From NCBI GenBank assembly GCA_963827685.1, contig CAWHBU010000003.1, forward strand, positions 352,001 to 416,000: a stretch of DNA of 64,000 bases. Reading direction: 5' to 3'. The translations under genes and the position numbers were made by a program. The DNA is from an uncultured delta proteobacterium (GTDB lineage: Bacteria; Desulfobacterota; BSN033; UBA1163). Positions 54,143 to 64,000 of the stretch are shown one piece after another. The notes under the pieces were generated by a model. The model had not been told where the DNA came from and did no database searches. It saw only the letters and a list, made by a program, of their open reading frames with translations. Position 1 is the stretch's first letter, and every line of letters starts with the position of its first letter.

Positions 54143-54850
54143 TTATTTTATGTTGGGTCCCTTTCCACCCGATGCTGGAGCAGACGGTCCCTGCGTCTTG
54201 ATGACTTCTGTTCCAGGCGGGCTGGTAAATTGGAAGAAGGAGATGGAAAGCCCTTCATTGGTTTTGATATTGATGAAACGGGTTCGAGTCACATTTCCCA
54301 AGGCATCGAGCACATCGACTTGAAGGACAATATAGGCCTTTTTATCGACCGTCAAAATCAATTTCGACAAAGTGGCAAGGGGTTCCTTGGGAGCTAACCC
54401 GACAACGTAGTTGTCCTCTTTCTGGGAGACGGATTCTTTCAGATTGAGGAGTTTGAAGTCCCGGCTCAGATTTCCCTCTCCAGCCAGAAAAGCCAGCGGC
54501 GTTTTCTCATTAAGAACACTTGAGACATCTGAAATGAGAACCTGCTTTTCATCAGGTTGATAGTACCAGAGGGTGTGACCATCCGAAATAAGCTTCTGGT
54601 TTGGAACAGTATAGTCCCACCGCATCATCCCTTTCTTCTTAAAATAGACTTTTCCTTCTCCCCGGTTGGGCTGTTTCATCCCCTTGCCGAAATACTCCTG
54701 AATAAAATTAGCTTCAATATCGTTTGTCTTTTCATATCGGTTCTGGATTTCGTTCAATACCTCTTGCCCGGTTAAGCAATAAACGGCTGGGATGAAGGAC
54801 AAATGGAATAGCACCAACGCAAAAAAGATCCGATGAGATATTTTCCTCAT
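54143..54850 (-). CDS. lolA: Outer-membrane lipoprotein carrier LolA
   Basis: Signal peptide; 'ANFIQ', 'GKVYFKKKGMMRWDY', 'ISDGHTLWYYQP', 'FQFTSPPG'; downstream of ftsK. Confidence 0.9.
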   Translation of the reverse strand: MRKISHRIFFALVLFHLSFIPAVYCLTGQEVLNEIQNRYEKTNDIEANFIQEYFGKGMKQPNRGEGKVYFKKKGMMRWDYTVPNQKLISDGHTLWYYQPDEKQVLISDVSSVLNEKTPLAFLAGEGNLSRDFKLLNLKESVSQKEDNYVVGLAPKEPLATLSKLILTVDKKAYIVLQVDVLDALGNVTRTRFINIKTNEGLSISFFQFTSPPGTEVIKTQGPSAPASGGKGPNIK

Positions 54851-54870
54851 TCTCGTCAACCTCTCGTGTT

Positions 54871-54921
54871 CCCCCCTCATCCCATCCCTCTCCCCCCAGG
54901 GGAGAGGGGAAGGGCGAGGGG
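54871..54921. repeat. C-rich/G-rich palindromic repeat unit
   Basis: CCCCCCTCATCCCATCCCTCTCCCC-CCA-GGGGAGAGGGGAAGGGCGAGGGG. Confidence 0.7.
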
Positions 54922-54926
54922 TTGTA

Positions 54927-57152
54927 CTATTCAATCTTCTTAACCAGAACCTCTCTGGGCTTGACCCCATCAGAAGGTCCCACCACGCCTTCTTCTTCCA
55001 TCTTTTCGACGATGCGGGCCGCCCGGTTATAACCGATTCGAAATCGCCTTTGGATGAGGGAGATGGAGGCCTGTCCGATCTCGGAAATAAAGGCGACTGC
55101 CTCATCATATTTCTCGTCGTATTCGTCCTCCGCTCCTCCGGCCGCCTCTTTTTCTTTCTTTACCTCGGCGAGAACCGAAGGGTCCAAATAAGAAGGCTTC
55201 CCTTGCTTTTTCAAGAATTCAACAATCCGCTTGATCTCGGCACTGGAGACGAAAGCGCCATGAAGACGTGTCAGTTTCGAACTGCCGGGTGGGAGAAAGA
55301 GCATGTCTCCGGCTCCCAGAAGGTGCTCCGCACCAATGGTGTCCAGGATGGTTCGGGAATCTACTTTGGAGGTAACCTGAAAGGAAATCCGCGCAGGAAA
55401 GTTTGCTTTAATGATTCCGGTGAGCACATCGACGGAAGGCCGTTGGGTCGCTAACAAAAGATGGATGCCCACCGCCCGTGCCATCTGGGCGAGTCGCGTG
55501 ATCGATTCCTCCACATCCTTCGATGAGATCATCATCAAATCCGCCAACTCATCGATCACCACCACAATATAAGGGATTCTTTCCATAGGCTCCAATGCTT
55601 TTTCTTCATCTCCCTCTAAAACATCGCCCTTCCGTTTATAAATTTTCCCTTTTTCTTTCAGTTCCTTCTCCATCCGCTGATGGTAATGCTCAATATTTCT
55701 TACCCCCTTTTCGGCTAAAACCGTATACCGCCGTTCCATCTCTTCGACCAGCCATCTAAGGGCCGCCGCTGCTTTTTTCGGGTTGGTCACAACAGGTAGA
55801 AGCAGATGCGGAATGCCTTCATAATCGGAGAGCTCCAGCATCTTCGGGTCAATCATGAGGAACCGGACCTCTTCTGGGATGGCCTTGAAAAGGATGCTGC
55901 AGATCATGGCATTGATGGAAACACTTTTCCCGGAACCTGTTGATCCAGCAACCAGGAGATGGGGCATTCTTGCAAGATCCACCACGAAGGGCTCTCCTGA
56001 GATATCCTTGCCAAGCCCAAAAGAGAGTTTTGATTTGAAAGTTCGAAAGGGATCGGAATCGATGATCTCTTTGAGATAGACGGTCTCCCTGTTTGTGTTT
56101 GGAACTTCAATGCCCACCACCGATTTGCCGGGGATGGGGGCGACGATACGAATGGACAGAGCGCTTAATGCCAGGGCCAGGTCATCTGCCAAGTTGACAA
56201 TCCGGCTGACTTTCACTCCGGGAGCCGGCTCGAATTCATAGACCGTGATCACGGGACCGGGCCTGACCTCGACCACTTTTCCCTCGACGCCATAATCCAG
56301 AAGTTTTTTCTCCAAAATACGAGAGTTCATGATCAAGCTCTCCCGGTCAATCTTCTGTCTTTTCTCCAACTCGGCCTCAAGCAAAGAAATGGGAGGAAGT
56401 TGGAAAGCTTTTGAGGCCTCTAAGAATTCGAACGCCTCCTGTTTCACTACCTCCTCCTTTTTCGGAGGAGGGGATGGCTTTTCTACGACGACGGTCGGGA
56501 GGGCCTCCTTCGCTTCTTTCTTCTGTTTCACCAATTTCTTTTGCCTCTCCGCACCTTCTTCTCTAACCATTTTAAGTGTACCGATCTTTTCGATCAGTTT
56601 TTGAACAGCCGCCCCCAAATGCTTGACGAGGGAGATGAAGGAAATCCCTGTCCCCAGAACGAATGAAAGGATTAGAATCACCAATAAAAGGATGGTCGCC
56701 CCCGGACGATTGAAATACCTGACAAGATTTCTCGAAAAAATTTCTCCAATAAACCCTCCCATTAAGAGATCCTGACGATAAATACGGACGGGATTCAACC
56801 ATAAACCAAAGAAGGCAGAGGTGGCGATGAGGATCACTGCCCAACCGGCTATTTTCAAAGATAGGTATTTCCACTCCCACCTGAAAATGAAACTGAAGGC
56901 AAAGACAACCAGGATAAAAGGAATCAGAAAAGAGGGAAAGCCAAATCCCTGGAAGAGAAAGCCGGAGAGATAGGCTCCTACACTCCCCATCCAATTATGA
57001 ACCGCCTTGACCTTTGAGGAGGTGTAGGAAAAGAAAGAGGGATCCATGGGGTGATAAGAGACCAAACCTAAAAAGAGGAAGAGCGCCACGGCGATCAGCA
57101 AAATCCCTATGGTCTCACGCTTTAACTTTTCCTGGATGGAATCCTCTATCAC
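54927..57152 (-). CDS. ftsK: DNA translocase FtsK
   Basis: N-terminal TM domain, MPHLLVAGSTGSGKS, VIDELADLM, ATQRPSVDV, gamma domain IGYNRAARI; GTG start after AGGAG. Confidence 0.97.
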   Translation of the reverse strand: MIEDSIQEKLKRETIGILLIAVALFLFLGLVSYHPMDPSFFSYTSSKVKAVHNWMGSVGAYLSGFLFQGFGFPSFLIPFILVVFAFSFIFRWEWKYLSLKIAGWAVILIATSAFFGLWLNPVRIYRQDLLMGGFIGEIFSRNLVRYFNRPGATILLLVILILSFVLGTGISFISLVKHLGAAVQKLIEKIGTLKMVREEGAERQKKLVKQKKEAKEALPTVVVEKPSPPPKKEEVVKQEAFEFLEASKAFQLPPISLLEAELEKRQKIDRESLIMNSRILEKKLLDYGVEGKVVEVRPGPVITVYEFEPAPGVKVSRIVNLADDLALALSALSIRIVAPIPGKSVVGIEVPNTNRETVYLKEIIDSDPFRTFKSKLSFGLGKDISGEPFVVDLARMPHLLVAGSTGSGKSVSINAMICSILFKAIPEEVRFLMIDPKMLELSDYEGIPHLLLPVVTNPKKAAAALRWLVEEMERRYTVLAEKGVRNIEHYHQRMEKELKEKGKIYKRKGDVLEGDEEKALEPMERIPYIVVVIDELADLMMISSKDVEESITRLAQMARAVGIHLLLATQRPSVDVLTGIIKANFPARISFQVTSKVDSRTILDTIGAEHLLGAGDMLFLPPGSSKLTRLHGAFVSSAEIKRIVEFLKKQGKPSYLDPSVLAEVKKEKEAAGGAEDEYDEKYDEAVAFISEIGQASISLIQRRFRIGYNRAARIVEKMEEEGVVGPSDGVKPREVLVKKIE

Positions 57153-57210
57153 AATTTCTCCTGACTCTAAGGTTCCCCCTCTCGCCAAGGGAAGGGATAT
57201 TAAGGAGTTG

Positions 57211-57924
57211 TCATTTTTGAGAGATCCTCTCAAAATTTCTGGAGATTGTTTCTCTCACTTTCTTCATCAGGGACTCCCTATCCTTTGAAGAACAATTCAT
57301 TGTCTCGATGGGACGATCCACTAACATTCGAATCTCTCCGGGGGCAGCGGTCAATCTATCCTTCGGCATGATGTCCCGGCTTCCACTGATCGCAATGGGA
57401 ACGATAGGAACCTTTGACTTAATCGCCAGGGTGAATCCCCCTTTTTTAAAAGGTTGGATCGAACCATCCGGGCTTCTTGAACCCTCGGGAAAAATGACCA
57501 TTGACATCCCATCTCGAATCTTCCGGGCGGCGTCGTTCATGGCCTCCACGGTGTCCCGGGTTCCTCCCCGATCAACGCTAATATAGCCTACGGCGGCCAT
57601 TGCCCAACCGAAAAAAGGAATGGAAAAGAGCTCTTTCTTGACTAACCATTTAAACTGATAGGGAAGATGGCCCAGCAAGGCAAAGATATCATAACTTCCC
57701 TGGTGGTTTGACATAAAGATATAGGGACCTTTTCCATGCAGATGCCCCATCCCTTCTATCCTGACCTTCACCCGGTTGGCCAGAAGAGCCGCTTTCCCCC
57801 AGAGTTTTGCATAATAATGACCCACCCTTCCCTTTCGGTCAAATGGATAGGTGATAAGAGCAAACACCCCCAGAACCAACGTGGCGATGACAATACAAGA
57901 CCAAACAAAAATTGTCCGGATCAT
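57211..57924 (-). CDS. plsC: 1-acyl-sn-glycerol-3-phosphate acyltransferase
   Basis: NHQGSYD (NHxxxxD), FPEGSRS, PIVP motifs. Confidence 0.9.
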   Translation of the reverse strand: MIRTIFVWSCIVIATLVLGVFALITYPFDRKGRVGHYYAKLWGKAALLANRVKVRIEGMGHLHGKGPYIFMSNHQGSYDIFALLGHLPYQFKWLVKKELFSIPFFGWAMAAVGYISVDRGGTRDTVEAMNDAARKIRDGMSMVIFPEGSRSPDGSIQPFKKGGFTLAIKSKVPIVPIAISGSRDIMPKDRLTAAPGEIRMLVDRPIETMNCSSKDRESLMKKVRETISRNFERISQK

Positions 57925-57926
57925 AA

Positions 57927-58018
57927 AACCGTGCACCGTGTCCGTGATTCGTGAATCGGCTTTTACTCTTTGAACTCTCGACTCATCATTCTTAATTCTT
58001 AACTCTATTTTAAATTCT
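57927..58018. repeat. Two adjacent 7-nt periodic arms (..CGTG and ..AYTCT)
   Basis: aaccgtg caccgtg tccgtga ttcgtga; ..cgactca tcattct taattct taactct. Confidence 0.55.
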
Positions 58019-58783
58019 CTTCTCCAACTCCTTGAGGATAGTCCCCACTTCCTCCTTAATTTTTTCATCGATGTCATAAGGGGATTTTCCTTCCCTGTCT
58101 GCTTGAAGAACTTTGGGATTAAAACTCATGTGGCCTAAGACGGGGAAATCGGAAAGCTGTTCTTCAATGAGTCGTTTATCCTCCTCAGAGTTGACTTTAT
58201 TTCCGACAATCATCGTATTTTTGATCTTTAAATCCTCACCCAATTTCTTGATCTGTCTTGCTGTATTTATGGCCCTCTGCCCTGGTTCCACGACAATGAC
58301 GAGGGCATCCACATATCCGGTGCTCCCCCTTCCAAGGTGTTCCAAACCTGCCTCCATATCAATGATCAGGGCTTCTTCCCGCTGGACCAGAAGATGACGA
58401 ACCAGATTCTTCAGAAGGACATTTTCAGGGCAAAAGCAGCCTCCCCCTCCCTGAGGAATAGAGCCTAATAGAAGAAGTTTGACCCCTTGGTAACTCACTC
58501 CCATGTCGTCAGGAAGGTCATCCACTTTGGGATTAAGTTTGAACATCGCCCCATAACCCCCCTTCTTTGCACCGGTTCTCTCCTCAATCATAGAAGTCAT
58601 GGAGGCAATCGGCGAGAGTTTGGCGAGAGCTTCTTTAGGAAGGCCGATGGCAGAGGCTAAGTTGGAATCGGGGTCGGCATCAATGGCAAGAACCTTTCTG
58701 CCTCGACTTGCCAAAATTCTTGCCATGACTCCTGCAAGCGTCGTTTTCCCAACCCCGCCTTTTCCTGAAATAGCAATCTTCAT
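58010..58783 (-). CDS. cooC: CooC/AcsF nickel-insertion ATPase
   Basis: GKGGVGKTT, DADPDSNL, GGGGCFCPEN (CxC), DMEAGLEHLGRG. Confidence 0.9.
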   Translation of the reverse strand: MKIAISGKGGVGKTTLAGVMARILASRGRKVLAIDADPDSNLASAIGLPKEALAKLSPIASMTSMIEERTGAKKGGYGAMFKLNPKVDDLPDDMGVSYQGVKLLLLGSIPQGGGGCFCPENVLLKNLVRHLLVQREEALIIDMEAGLEHLGRGSTGYVDALVIVVEPGQRAINTARQIKKLGEDLKIKNTMIVGNKVNSEEDKRLIEEQLSDFPVLGHMSFNPKVLQADREGKSPYDIDEKIKEEVGTILKELEKRI

Positions 58784-58882
58784 TCTCTGCTCCGGTACTT
58801 ATCATAATCAAAAAATGATTAAATGTCTATTGTGGCAGATATCTTACCTTTCTTTTTAGCTCGATTCCTACCCAAAGACAAA

Positions 58883-58911
58883 TTGACAAAGGGTTGCTTA
58901 TCATCAATAAT
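58883..58911 (+). promoter_or_regulatory. Candidate sigma70 promoter for the MFS gene
   Basis: TTGACA-N17-AATAAT. Confidence 0.5.
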
Positions 58912-58936
58912 ATTAAATCTTAAATAGGAAAGAACA

Positions 58937-60103
58937 ATGAAACTAAATAAAAAGGCGTTGGCGATTCTCAGCGCCGGCCATCTTGTCACCGATCTCAATC
59001 AAGGGGCCTTGCCTGCCCTTCTTCCTTTTTTTAAAGAGGCATTGAACCTTTCCTATACGATGTCAGGCGCCATCGTTCTTTCTTCCAATCTGACCTCTTC
59101 GATTATCCAGCCAGCATTCGGACATCTTTCAGACAGACGACCCATCGGATGGTTTCTTCCCCTGGCACCTTTCATTGCCTGTTTGGGATTATCGGTCACC
59201 GGATTCGTCTCCCATTATTCTCTTCTTCTCCTGTGTGTCATCCTGACCGGCGTTGGAATTGCAATTTTCCATCCGGAAGGATACAAAACAGCCTACTATT
59301 TCACCGGCGATAAGAAGGTCACAGGCATGTCATTTTTTTCGGTCGGCGGAAACCTGGGGATTGCCCTTGGCCCAATGGTGGCGATGACACTCGTCACCTT
59401 CTTCGGTCTCAAGGGAACGATAGGCTTGATCATACCCGGAATTTTCATTGCCATCATCCTGCTGACTTTCAACACGTCCATGCTTTCCTCTACGGTTGAG
59501 TCTGCCCATAAAGAGGCGACGAAGGAGTTGAGAAGACCTCTTACAAAAAACCAAAAGTTGTCGTTCTCTCTTCTCATCGTTATCGCAACTTTAAGAGCCT
59601 GGACCCAATTTGGAATGGCGACCTACATCCCTTTCTATTACATCAATTATTTGAAAGGAAATCCTCTGTATGCAGGGAAACTGGTTTCAACCTTTCTGCT
59701 CGCAGGGGCATTGGGAACACTCCTGGGTGCTCCGTTAGCGGATCGGTGGGGCCATAAAAAATTCCTGCTCATCACGTTGGCCCTGTCGTCTCCTCTTCTT
59801 CTTCTTTTCTACCATAGCAGCGGTTTCATGACTTTCGTCTTTTTGGGAGTATCAGGGATGGTCTTGATCTCCACGTTCGCCCTCACCACTGTGATGGGCC
59901 AAGCCCTCCTCCCGCAACATCTGGGAATGGCATCAGGGATGATGGTTGGATTTACCATGAGTGCAGGTGGACTCGGAGTGACCCTGCTGGGAGTGATTGC
60001 AGATACTTGGGGAGTCCCAATGGCAATCCAATCCATCTTCGCGTTGCCATTCATTGCATTTATTCTTGGTTTTTTGGTAAAGTATCCTCTTGAAAAAACA
60101 TGA
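58937..60103 (+). CDS. MFS transporter (Fsr-like)
   Basis: 'GHLVTDLNQGALPALLP', 'QPAFGHLSDR', 'FHPEG', 'FSVGGNLG'. Confidence 0.88.
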   Translation: MKLNKKALAILSAGHLVTDLNQGALPALLPFFKEALNLSYTMSGAIVLSSNLTSSIIQPAFGHLSDRRPIGWFLPLAPFIACLGLSVTGFVSHYSLLLLCVILTGVGIAIFHPEGYKTAYYFTGDKKVTGMSFFSVGGNLGIALGPMVAMTLVTFFGLKGTIGLIIPGIFIAIILLTFNTSMLSSTVESAHKEATKELRRPLTKNQKLSFSLLIVIATLRAWTQFGMATYIPFYYINYLKGNPLYAGKLVSTFLLAGALGTLLGAPLADRWGHKKFLLITLALSSPLLLLFYHSSGFMTFVFLGVSGMVLISTFALTTVMGQALLPQHLGMASGMMVGFTMSAGGLGVTLLGVIADTWGVPMAIQSIFALPFIAFILGFLVKYPLEKT

Positions 60104-60113
60104 CGGGTGAGCG

Positions 60114-61091
60114 ATGAGCACAATTCTGGTTACGGGTGGCGCAGGGTTTATCGGTTCACACCTTTGTGAACGCCTTTTGAGCGATGGGGTGAAAGTGATT
60201 TGTCTCGACAACTTTGACACTTTTTACGATCCCAATATAAAAATCAAAAATACGGAGACGCTCACAAAGAAATTTCCACACCTGTTTGAGCTTGTCACAG
60301 GGGATATTCGAAACCCCGAACAGCTTAAAGGGGTCTTTCAAAAAAACAAGGTCGATTTCGTTGTTCACCTGGCTGCCAGGGCTGGAGTGAGGCCCTCTAT
60401 TGCCGACCCCCTTCTTTACCAGGATGTGAACATACGAGGGACGATTGTCCTTCTGGAAGCTTGTAAAGAAAGAGGAGTCAAAAACTTTGTTTTTGCCTCC
60501 TCTTCTTCAGTCTACGGAGAAAACCAAAGGGTCCCATTCACGGAAAAGGACCTCGATATTCAACCCATCTCACCTTACGGAGCCACCAAACGGGCTGGTG
60601 AACTTCTCTGCTATTCTTATCATCACCTTTATGGGATGAACACCGCCTGCCTCCGGATCTTCACTGCCTATGGTCCAAGACAGAGACCGGAGATGGCGAT
60701 CCATAAATTTACTCGTTTCATTGATCAGGGTGAAAAAATCCCAATTTATGGGGATGGTTCTTCCCGACGGGATTACACCTACATTGATGATTTGATCGAT
60801 GGGATTCTCGGTGTCATTCGCCACCATAAAGGGTTTGAGATCTATAATCTCGGAGAATCTCAGACCACTTCTTTAAAAGAATTAATACGATTGATTGAGG
60901 AAACGTTCGGCAAAAAAGCGAATTTCGAAATGCTGGAGTTCCAGCCTGGCGATGTTTCTGTGACCTATGCCGATATCACCAAGGCAAAACGGATGCTGAA
61001 ATATCAACCTAAAGTGAAGATGAAGGAGGGTATCCAGCGTTTCGTGGAATGGTACAAGAGAGTCAAGGATTTACCGGATGCCACCGCCTGA
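60114..61091 (+). CDS. Nucleotide-sugar epimerase (UDP-glucuronate 4-epimerase-like)
   Basis: TGGAGFIG, HLAARAGVRPS, ASSSSVYG, YGATK, YGPRQRPEMA, RDYTYIDD. Confidence 0.9.
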   Translation: MSTILVTGGAGFIGSHLCERLLSDGVKVICLDNFDTFYDPNIKIKNTETLTKKFPHLFELVTGDIRNPEQLKGVFQKNKVDFVVHLAARAGVRPSIADPLLYQDVNIRGTIVLLEACKERGVKNFVFASSSSVYGENQRVPFTEKDLDIQPISPYGATKRAGELLCYSYHHLYGMNTACLRIFTAYGPRQRPEMAIHKFTRFIDQGEKIPIYGDGSSRRDYTYIDDLIDGILGVIRHHKGFEIYNLGESQTTSLKELIRLIEETFGKKANFEMLEFQPGDVSVTYADITKAKRMLKYQPKVKMKEGIQRFVEWYKRVKDLPDATA

Positions 61092-61178
61092 ACAAACCAT
61101 CCGTCTTGCAGTTTCTCATAACCGTAATTATCTTTCAATAAAAGAGGATTCGAAGAATCAAGCGGAGGTGGATGAGTA

Positions 61179-61316
61179 ATGATCTTTGCTATTATTTCGA
61201 TATGGATCCTGATTATTGTCGCTTTTGGGATTTATTAGCATGCCCTCAGGATCTCTCAGAAATTGACACAATGTTTAACACTTCTTGAGAAGATCGTAGA
61301 AGGAACAAAAAAATAG
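61179..61316 (+). pseudogene. Small single-TM protein ORF with an in-frame TAG
   Basis: SD GGAGGTG; MIFAIISIWILIIVAFGIY*HALRISQKLTQCLTLLEKIVEGTKK; TAG at 61236-61238. Confidence 0.5.
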
Positions 61317-61342
61317 CTCCAACCTTATTGCCTCATCGTGCA

Positions 61343-62290
61343 TCAATTGAGCAGTCTGTCTGGGCTTGACGATACGTCGACTTTGCGCGGTCGAACTACT
61401 GAGGCTACGACTGAAACGATGAGAATACCGGCAACAACACTTAAGGCGACGACAATTGGAATTTTGTAAATGTCTGCAAGAAGCATCTTAGCGCCTATGA
61501 AAACAAGAATGGAAGAGAGACCCAGATGCAAGTAGTGAAAGAGTTGCATAGCTCGCGCGAGTGCGAAGTAGAGTGCCCGTAGACCTAAAATAGCGAATAC
61601 GTTTGAAGTGTAAACAATGAACGGATCCAGCGTTATGGCGAGGATTGCCGGAATCGAATCTACAGCAAAAATAACGTCCGTAGTTTCTACGACCAACAAC
61701 ACGACAAATAAAGGGGTGGCAAAAGTCCTTCCGTTTTGTTGAACAAAGAATTTTCCCTGTGGAGAGTGATCTGTGACGGGCATAAATCGGCGGAAGAGTC
61801 TTAGAGCAGGGTTTCTCTCAGGATGGATTTCTTTGTCCTTCTGGAACACCATTTTGATGCCCGCGAGAATAAGGAACGCTCCGAAAACATAGATGGTGCA
61901 GTGAAATTGCTGAATCAATGTTACGCCCACTGCGATGAAGATTCCCCGCATAATCAGAGCACCGAGAATTCCCCAGAATAGGATTTTATGTTGGTAAAAG
62001 GAACCCACACGAAAGTAGGAGAAGATGAGGAAAAACACGAAAATGTTATCTACGCTTAGGGACTTTTCAAGCAAATAGCCTGTGAGGAATTCAAGTGCCT
62101 GTTCGGGACCACGCCAAACATAAATTCCGACATTGAAAGCAAGGCCTAATGCAATCCAGGCAGCGCTCCAAACAAGCGCTTCCTTAATCTTGACCTCGTG
62201 AGCTTTCCTATGGAAAACCCCAAGATCGATGGCGAGCATTGCGAGCACGAAGATGTTAAAGAGAATCCACGGCAGAATTTGGTTCAGCAT
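61343..62290 (-). CDS. terC: TerC/Alx family membrane protein
   Basis: EKSLSVDNIFVF, ETTDVIFAVDSIPA, TSNVFAILGLRALYF. Confidence 0.92.
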   Translation of the reverse strand: MLNQILPWILFNIFVLAMLAIDLGVFHRKAHEVKIKEALVWSAAWIALGLAFNVGIYVWRGPEQALEFLTGYLLEKSLSVDNIFVFFLIFSYFRVGSFYQHKILFWGILGALIMRGIFIAVGVTLIQQFHCTIYVFGAFLILAGIKMVFQKDKEIHPERNPALRLFRRFMPVTDHSPQGKFFVQQNGRTFATPLFVVLLVVETTDVIFAVDSIPAILAITLDPFIVYTSNVFAILGLRALYFALARAMQLFHYLHLGLSSILVFIGAKMLLADIYKIPIVVALSVVAGILIVSVVASVVRPRKVDVSSSPDRLLN

Positions 62291-62520
62291 TACTTTTCCT
62301 TCGTGCTCGCCTGTTTGTGAAATTTACTTTTGATCTTATTGAGTATTCTTCTTGCCCACAGTAATTCCGTTGCAAGAATGCCCAAGCCAAGCGGTATCAC
62401 GATAAAGGCTGGGCCTGGCAGTACGATCATAGCAATTCCAATAAACAGAATTGAAAAACCTATTAGAATTATTATGAGTCTCTTTGTCTGTTTGAGCGTT
62501 TTGAGCAATAAGGGATTCAT
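62290..62520 (-). CDS. PGPGW-domain small membrane protein
   Basis: 'GIAMIVLPGPAFIVIPLGLGILATELLWARR'; TAATG overlap with terC. Confidence 0.82.
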   Translation of the reverse strand: MNPLLLKTLKQTKRLIIILIGFSILFIGIAMIVLPGPAFIVIPLGLGILATELLWARRILNKIKSKFHKQASTKEK

Positions 62521-62543
62521 ATATCAAATATTCCATCCAAAAA

Positions 62544-62572
62544 CTTTTATTGTTATGTTGATCGATTGTCAA
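62544..62572 (-). promoter_or_regulatory. Candidate sigma70 promoter for PGPGW-terC
   Basis: Minus strand TTGACA-N17-TAAAAG. Confidence 0.45.
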
Positions 62573-62743
62573 TGTTTTTAATAACCGATAGGTCCTTCTG
62601 TGGATCCGCCAGTTTTATCGATTTCATGTTGAAATTTTTAATCCAGGAATCAATTTGATAAATCACTCTTTCAGGAAATCCCTAACGCACCGTGGATAGC
62701 TTTCTTGGTATTTTGCCGGCAGTTGCAAAACGAGCTATACCGA

Positions 62744-64000
62744 TCAACGCTTCATAGAAATACGACGCAGACTAAGATAAAGCGGCCGGAGCCGGTGGTA
62801 CATCTTAAGATAGACCTGATGATAGAGATCGTCGTAGATCTGGCAAGTTTTCGGGTCGGGCTCGAAGCTCTGGCCCTTGTGTGTCATGTCGGCTGCAGCA
62901 GCCTTGAAATCGGGGTGAACCTTAACACCCACTGCGGCATCCATGGCTGCTCCCAGTCCTGAAGCCTCATAAACATGCGGCCGGGCAGCGGTCATACCGA
63001 AGACATCCGCAGTCAGCTGCATAGCAGCATTGCTCTGGCTGCCTCCGCCGGCGACCCTCAGGTCCGTAACAGGAACGCCGCTCCGCTTTTCGGTGCGTTC
63101 CTTTCCCTCTCTTAGAGCATAGGCCAGTCCTTCCAGAATCGCGCGGTAAACGTGAGCCCGGGTGTGCACTTCACTAAACCCGATAATGGCCCCGCGCGCC
63201 TCAGGCCCTGGGTGGCGCAGCCCCGGAGACCAATATGGCTGCAGCACCAGTCCTTGCGACCCTGCCGGCACAGCTTTCACTAAGTCGTCAAATAATACCT
63301 CCGGTTCTACACCTCGCTCAGTGGCGATGTTTACCTCGGACAGTCCAAACTCACGCTTGAACCAGCTTATCATCCAATACCCGCGATAGATCTCGATTTC
63401 CAGGTTATAGAGCCCTGGCTCCGCCGCGGGGTAAGGTGGGATGAGCCGGATCACTTCGATATATTTGCTGTGGGTGGTGTTGATCGATGCGGTGGTACCA
63501 TAACTCAGGCAGGCAACGTTCGGCTCCAGCGCCCCTGACCCGAGCACTTCGCAGGCTTTATCGGCAGCGGCAGCTATTAGAGGCAACCCTTCCGGGATGC
63601 CGGTGGCTTCCGATGCCTTCCGCGTTATCTGGCCGAGCAACTGTCCCTGAGGTATGAGATCGGGTAGCAAGCTTGGGTCCATGGGTACGGCCTTCCACTT
63701 CCAATCCCATTTGGCTGCCCAGCGGTGGCCCTTATAGTCAAAGGGAATATAGCCGACCTGGCAACCCACCGAGTCTACGAACCTACCTGTCAGCAGGAAC
63801 GTGAGATACCCGGAAAGTAGCAGATACTTATAGGTCTTGCTCCATGTCTCAGGCTGGTAAGTGCGTATCCAGTTCGCCTCAGCTTCTGCGCAGAGATATG
63901 CCACCGTCTCGCTCGCTCCTACAATCGCAAACGCCAGGCCCCATAACCCGCCAAGGCGGGGTAGTCCTTCAGTTCGGCGCTTGTCCAGCCAGATAATTGC
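62744..64000 (-). CDS. FGGY-family carbohydrate kinase (5' end lies beyond the window)
   Basis: Frame open to the window edge (AIIWLDKR...); 'AAADKAC', 'SYGT', 'RAILEGLA', 'AGGGSQS', 'GAA'. Confidence 0.9.
   Translation of the reverse strand, partial: AIIWLDKRRTEGLPRLGGLWGLAFAIVGASETVAYLCAEAEANWIRTYQPETWSKTYKYLLLSGYLTFLLTGRFVDSVGCQVGYIPFDYKGHRWAAKWDWKWKAVPMDPSLLPDLIPQGQLLGQITRKASEATGIPEGLPLIAAAADKACEVLGSGALEPNVACLSYGTTASINTTHSKYIEVIRLIPPYPAAEPGLYNLEIEIYRGYWMISWFKREFGLSEVNIATERGVEPEVLFDDLVKAVPAGSQGLVLQPYWSPGLRHPGPEARGAIIGFSEVHTRAHVYRAILEGLAYALREGKERTEKRSGVPVTDLRVAGGGSQSNAAMQLTADVFGMTAARPHVYEASGLGAAMDAAVGVKVHPDFKAAAADMTHKGQSFEPDPKTCQIYDDLYHQVYLKMYHRLRPLYLSLRRISMKR

Noticed and set aside
54851-55108. 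Long N-terminal extension of lolA (similarly for plsC, ftsK, der and the HAD gene)
   Set aside because: The extensions run through neighbouring genes, repeats or non-coding DNA; downstream starts fit the families better.
62521-62743. yybP-ykoY manganese riboswitch upstream of PGPGW-terC
   Set aside because: The region is AT-rich with no recognisable aptamer, and the candidate promoter lies only about 25 bp from the start codon.

Overview
A gene-dense bacterial chromosomal window of moderate GC. Gene content suggests an anaerobic Desulfobacterota/deltaproteobacterium-like organism (inference). Main contents, in order: (1) a complete oxalate-oxidoreductase-type operon (CDC48-like AAA ATPase, FadR regulator, gamma/delta/alpha/beta subunits, OxlT-type antiporter, NAD epimerase) with a visible promoter and operator; (2) der with a MacAB-like exporter; (3) an IS1202-family element with a 16-bp target duplication; (4) two adenine-deaminase-family genes, queH, a divergent ppsA/ppdK pair and vapBC; (5) a sigma54-controlled GABA/amino-acid catabolic cluster in which three genes look broken; (6) an intact IS3 element; (7) housekeeping genes glyQS, recO, lolA, ftsK and plsC, then cooC, terC and a partial FGGY kinase. 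No rRNA, tRNA or CRISPR array was seen. The strongest non-genic signal is that many intergenic gaps hold gene-less palindromic micro-elements: mirror-symmetric 7-, 8- and 9/10-nt periodic arrays, C/G-rich hairpins and GTAG-REP doublets, some nested inside one another. All family assignments come from motif recognition and recall, not from database searches.
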